Shown: positions 61,100-64,000 of the stretch, one piece after another
Layout of the letters: each line of letters starts with the position of its first letter
Position numbering within the stretch: position 1 is the first letter of the stretch
Virus record (IMG/VR): IMGVR_UViG_2840904412_000002
Location: 9,071 to 73,070 of that record
Direction: 5' to 3' (one strand)
Source: a virus
Taxonomy: Duplodnaviria; Caudoviricetes
DNA length: 64,000 nt
Notes under the pieces: model-generated
Told to the model about the DNA's origin: nothing
Databases searched by the model: none
Seen by the model: only the letters and a program-made list of their open reading frames with translations
Translations under genes and position numbers: made by a program

Positions 61100-62242
61100 T
61101 ATTTTTAAACGTCTAAGGTTAGGTAGAGATTATGAAGATATAATTGATACTGTACCTATAGATGAGGGATTACAGGCAAATATTAGAAATATAGAAGAAA
61201 AGAGCAAAGAACTTAATAAGTCATTATACGGTAATCAACAAGCATACGCAGAACCTTTTCTTGAAATGATGGATACAAACCCAGAGTTTAGAACAAAGAG
61301 AAGTTACATGAAAAATTCAGATAATTTACATGATGTTCTAAAACAGTTTGGTAACAATCCTATTTTAAATGCTATCATCTTAACAAGGTCAAATCAAGTA
61401 GCTATGTATTGTCAGCCCTCAAGATATAACGAAAGAGGGTTAGGCTTTGAAGTACGTATGCGTGACTTAGATGAAGAGCCTGGAAGAAAAGAAAAAGAAG
61501 AGATTAAACGTATAGAAAATTTTATACTAAATACAGGTAAAGATAAAGATGTGGATAGAGATTCTTTCCAATCTTTCTGTCGTAAGATTGTACGTGATAC
61601 TTATACATATGACCAAGTAAACTTTGAAAAGGTATTCAATAAGAAAAATGCTACAACAATGGATAAGTTTATTGCCGTAGACCCTAGCACTATTTTTTAT
61701 GCTACTGATAAAAATGGTAAGATAATTAAGGGTGGAAGGCGTTTTGTTCAGGTTATAAATAAAAAGGTTGTAGCTAGTTTTACTTCTAGGGAAATGGCTA
61801 TGGGTATCCGTAACCCAAGAACAGAATTATCTAGTAGTGGTTATGGGTTGTCCGAAGTAGAAATTGCTATGAAACAATTTATTGCCTATAATAATACGGA
61901 AACATTTAATGATAGATTCTTTTCACATGGCGGAACAACACGAGGTATACTTCAGATTAAATCAGAACAACAGCAATCTCAACGTGCATTAGAGAATTTT
62001 AAAAGAGAATGGAAGTCTAGTTTTTCTGGTATAAACGGAAGCTGGCAAGTACCTGTGGTCATGGCTGATGATATTAAATTTGTTAATATGACACCAACCG
62101 CAAATGATATGCAGTTTGAAAAGTGGTTAACCTATTTAATAAACATTATTTCAGCATTATATGGTATTGACCCCGCAGAGATTGGTTTCCCTAATAGAGG
62201 AGGAGCAACAGGTGGAAAAGGGGGAAACACACTTAATGAGGT
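61092..62242 (+). CDS. portal protein, exon 1 (interrupted; remainder outside window)
   Basis: MADIFKRLRLG, YGLSEVEIA, FFSHGGTTRGIL, DMQFEKWL, YGIDPAEIGF; similarity ends at GNTLNE. Confidence 0.9.
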
Positions 62243-62260
62243 AACTAAACAGTTACAATA

Positions 62261-62290
62261 TAAATATAAATATAAATATAAATATAAATA
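62261..62290 (+). repeat. (TAAATA)x5 microsatellite in the intron P1 loop
   Basis: enclosed by AAACAGTT/AACTGTTT stem. Confidence 0.85.
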
Positions 62291-62723
62291 TATAAACTGT
62301 TTGCCTTGCTTATAGAGTAATCTGTAAGTACCGAGTGTTAAATGCTAAGAACTCCTAAAGACTCAATAACTGAAACAGAATCCTAAAGGATAAATGGAAA
62401 AGTTACGAAAGTAGAAAAAATATTGAGTATGGTATAAGGTTAAATCCTAAGTACTAATACAATGGATGTTTAGCAGGGAAAGTTCTAAGGGAATGCAATT
62501 CCTATGAAAGACCCTCAACGACTATTCCGTATAGGTGACGGAAGTAAAACCACAAGTGATTGGTGGAAGAAAAATACTCCTCCTTACTTAATAAGGATGA
62601 ACAAATAGTCTCCGCTCGTTCTGAAAGGAAGAGCTTGGAATTAACCAAGGACTTAGAAGTAGCGTTCTAAAGTTAAAGATTGTTAAAACTTATAAATATT
62701 TAAAATTTTATTCCAATTACCTG

Positions 62724-62752
62724 TTGACAATTACTCACCATTATGTTATCAT
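62724..62752 (+). promoter_or_regulatory. sigmaA promoter for tnpB inside the intron
   Basis: TTGACA-17-TGnTATCAT followed by RBS AAGGAGG. Confidence 0.75.
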
Positions 62753-62766
62753 AGATACATAAGGAG

Positions 62767-63990
62767 GTGAATATAATGTTAAAACAGGAAAAATATAAAC
62801 GTATAAATATAAGATTATTACCAACTAAAGAACAAGAAGTTAAAATGTGGAAGTCAGTAAATAATGTACGAAATGTAAAAAACATATTTATAGCTAGGTG
62901 TTATGAGATAGACAAAGATACTGAATTTTTTAGTGTAGACCCATTAAAGAAAGAGTTGACAAAATTATTAAAAGATAAAAAGTATATGTATCTTAAAGAG
63001 ACCTCAAGACAAACATTGAATTTTGCAATAAAAGATGTTGTAGACTCTTTCATTAATTACAGAAGAAAAAGCACTAAAAAACCAGTATTTAAAAAAAAGA
63101 CTACTGCCACTAAATCTTTTAAAGTTAGGAACGGTTCTAACTCATTTAGAAGGGTAGGTTTTACATTTTATTTAGAAAAAATTGGTAATATTAAATTTTC
63201 TAAAAAGTACTATTTAAAAAATAAATATATTTTTGATTATATGGAAAAAGATAGATATATACTTCCTACAGTAATCTATGATGGAAAATATTGGTTTATA
63301 TCTATAATGTATAGGAGTGACTTAATTAATTCTCAAAAACCAAGAGAATTAACCAATGAAACAATAGGTATAGACTTAGGTATTAAAACATTAGCTACTT
63401 GTTCAAATGGTAAATCTTATAAAAACATAAATAAATCTCAAAAAGTTAAAAAAATAGAGAAGAAATTAAAACGTAAACAAAGACAAGTAAGTCGTAAGTA
63501 CGAAATGAATAAACAGGATAAAAAGTTTATTAAAACTAATAATATCATTAAGTTAGAAAAAGAAATAAAACTCTTACACAGAAAACTTAAAAATATTAAG
63601 AATACTCATATTCATACTATGACTAAAGAGATAGTAGAACAATTGCCACAAGAAATCGTAATAGAAGATTTGAAAGTAAGTAACATGATGAAAAATAAAC
63701 ATTTATCTAAACACATAAGTAAGAGTAATTGGCATGAAATACGTAGACAATTATCTTATAAATGTGAAGATAGAGGAATATTACTTACAGTAGCAAATAC
63801 TTATTATCCAAGTTCTCAAACTTGTTCTTGTTGTGGTAATCGTTTAACTAAACAAGATAAACTATCTTTATCACAAAGAACATATAAATGTTCTTGCGGA
63901 AATAATCTCGATAGAGATTATAACGCTAGTCTTAACTTGAAAAACTATAGGTACTCCAAATGGTATCAAAATAATATAATTTCACAATAA
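62767..63990 (+). CDS. tnpB: TnpB RNA-guided endonuclease (IS200/IS605/IS607 superfamily)
   Basis: RLLPTKEQ N-terminus; RuvC GIDLG, IEDL, DRDYNA intact; PSSQTCSCCG..CSCG zinc finger. Confidence 0.92.
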   Translation: MNIMLKQEKYKRINIRLLPTKEQEVKMWKSVNNVRNVKNIFIARCYEIDKDTEFFSVDPLKKELTKLLKDKKYMYLKETSRQTLNFAIKDVVDSFINYRRKSTKKPVFKKKTTATKSFKVRNGSNSFRRVGFTFYLEKIGNIKFSKKYYLKNKYIFDYMEKDRYILPTVIYDGKYWFISIMYRSDLINSQKPRELTNETIGIDLGIKTLATCSNGKSYKNINKSQKVKKIEKKLKRKQRQVSRKYEMNKQDKKFIKTNNIIKLEKEIKLLHRKLKNIKNTHIHTMTKEIVEQLPQEIVIEDLKVSNMMKNKHLSKHISKSNWHEIRRQLSYKCEDRGILLTVANTYYPSSQTCSCCGNRLTKQDKLSLSQRTYKCSCGNNLDRDYNASLNLKNYRYSKWYQNNIISQ

Positions 63991-64000
63991 AGAAATATAT

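Larger units (their letters stand above)
62243..64000 (+). mobile_element. group I intron + TnpB (IStron-like element) in the portal gene; 3' end beyond window
   Basis: P1 GAGGU/GCCUU; AAUGCUAAGAAC, GUUUAGCAG, UCAACGACUA, AAAUAGUCU cores, P9 hairpins, then promoter and tnpB. Confidence 0.85.

Noticed and set aside
62243-62315. Portal C-terminus VTKQLQYKYKYK from the ORF track
   Set aside because: Read-through into the intron microsatellite, not portal sequence.

Overview
64 kb of an AT-rich, strictly lytic Staphylococcus myovirus genome (Herelleviridae, Twortvirinae; the gene order, two separate endolysins and intron-split portal resemble Silviavirus-type phages). Layout: + strand conserved and accessory genes (1-17 kb); a promoter-dense early/host-takeover region that probably includes the long terminal repeat (~15-27 kb); a - strand block (27-53 kb) with a Dispersin B-like GH20 hydrolase, temperate-phage-like genes, two unrelated dUTPases, tRNA-Met, PhoH, HNH, transglycosylase, RNase H, two endolysins and holin; and the + strand packaging module (terS, terL, portal). 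Five group I introns were read from the sequence: one in the CHAP lysin, three in terL (spliced product 605 aa) and one in the portal gene. The portal intron carries an intact TnpB, i.e. an IStron-like element whose 3' end lies outside the window. Top leads: (1) the TnpB intron as an RNA-guided homing element; (2) 25 copies of the S. aureus Chi heptamer GAAGCGG within 11.4 kb of the terminal region; (3) three large structured non-coding RNA candidates, one of ~530 nt closed by a perfect 23-bp stem; (4) a late-expressed PNAG-degrading enzyme candidate; (5) host CodY boxes among early genes; (6) small RNAs displaying anti-ribosome-binding-site sequences; (7) a 181-bp palindrome with 9-bp iterons. 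All calls were made by eye from motifs; no database search was run.
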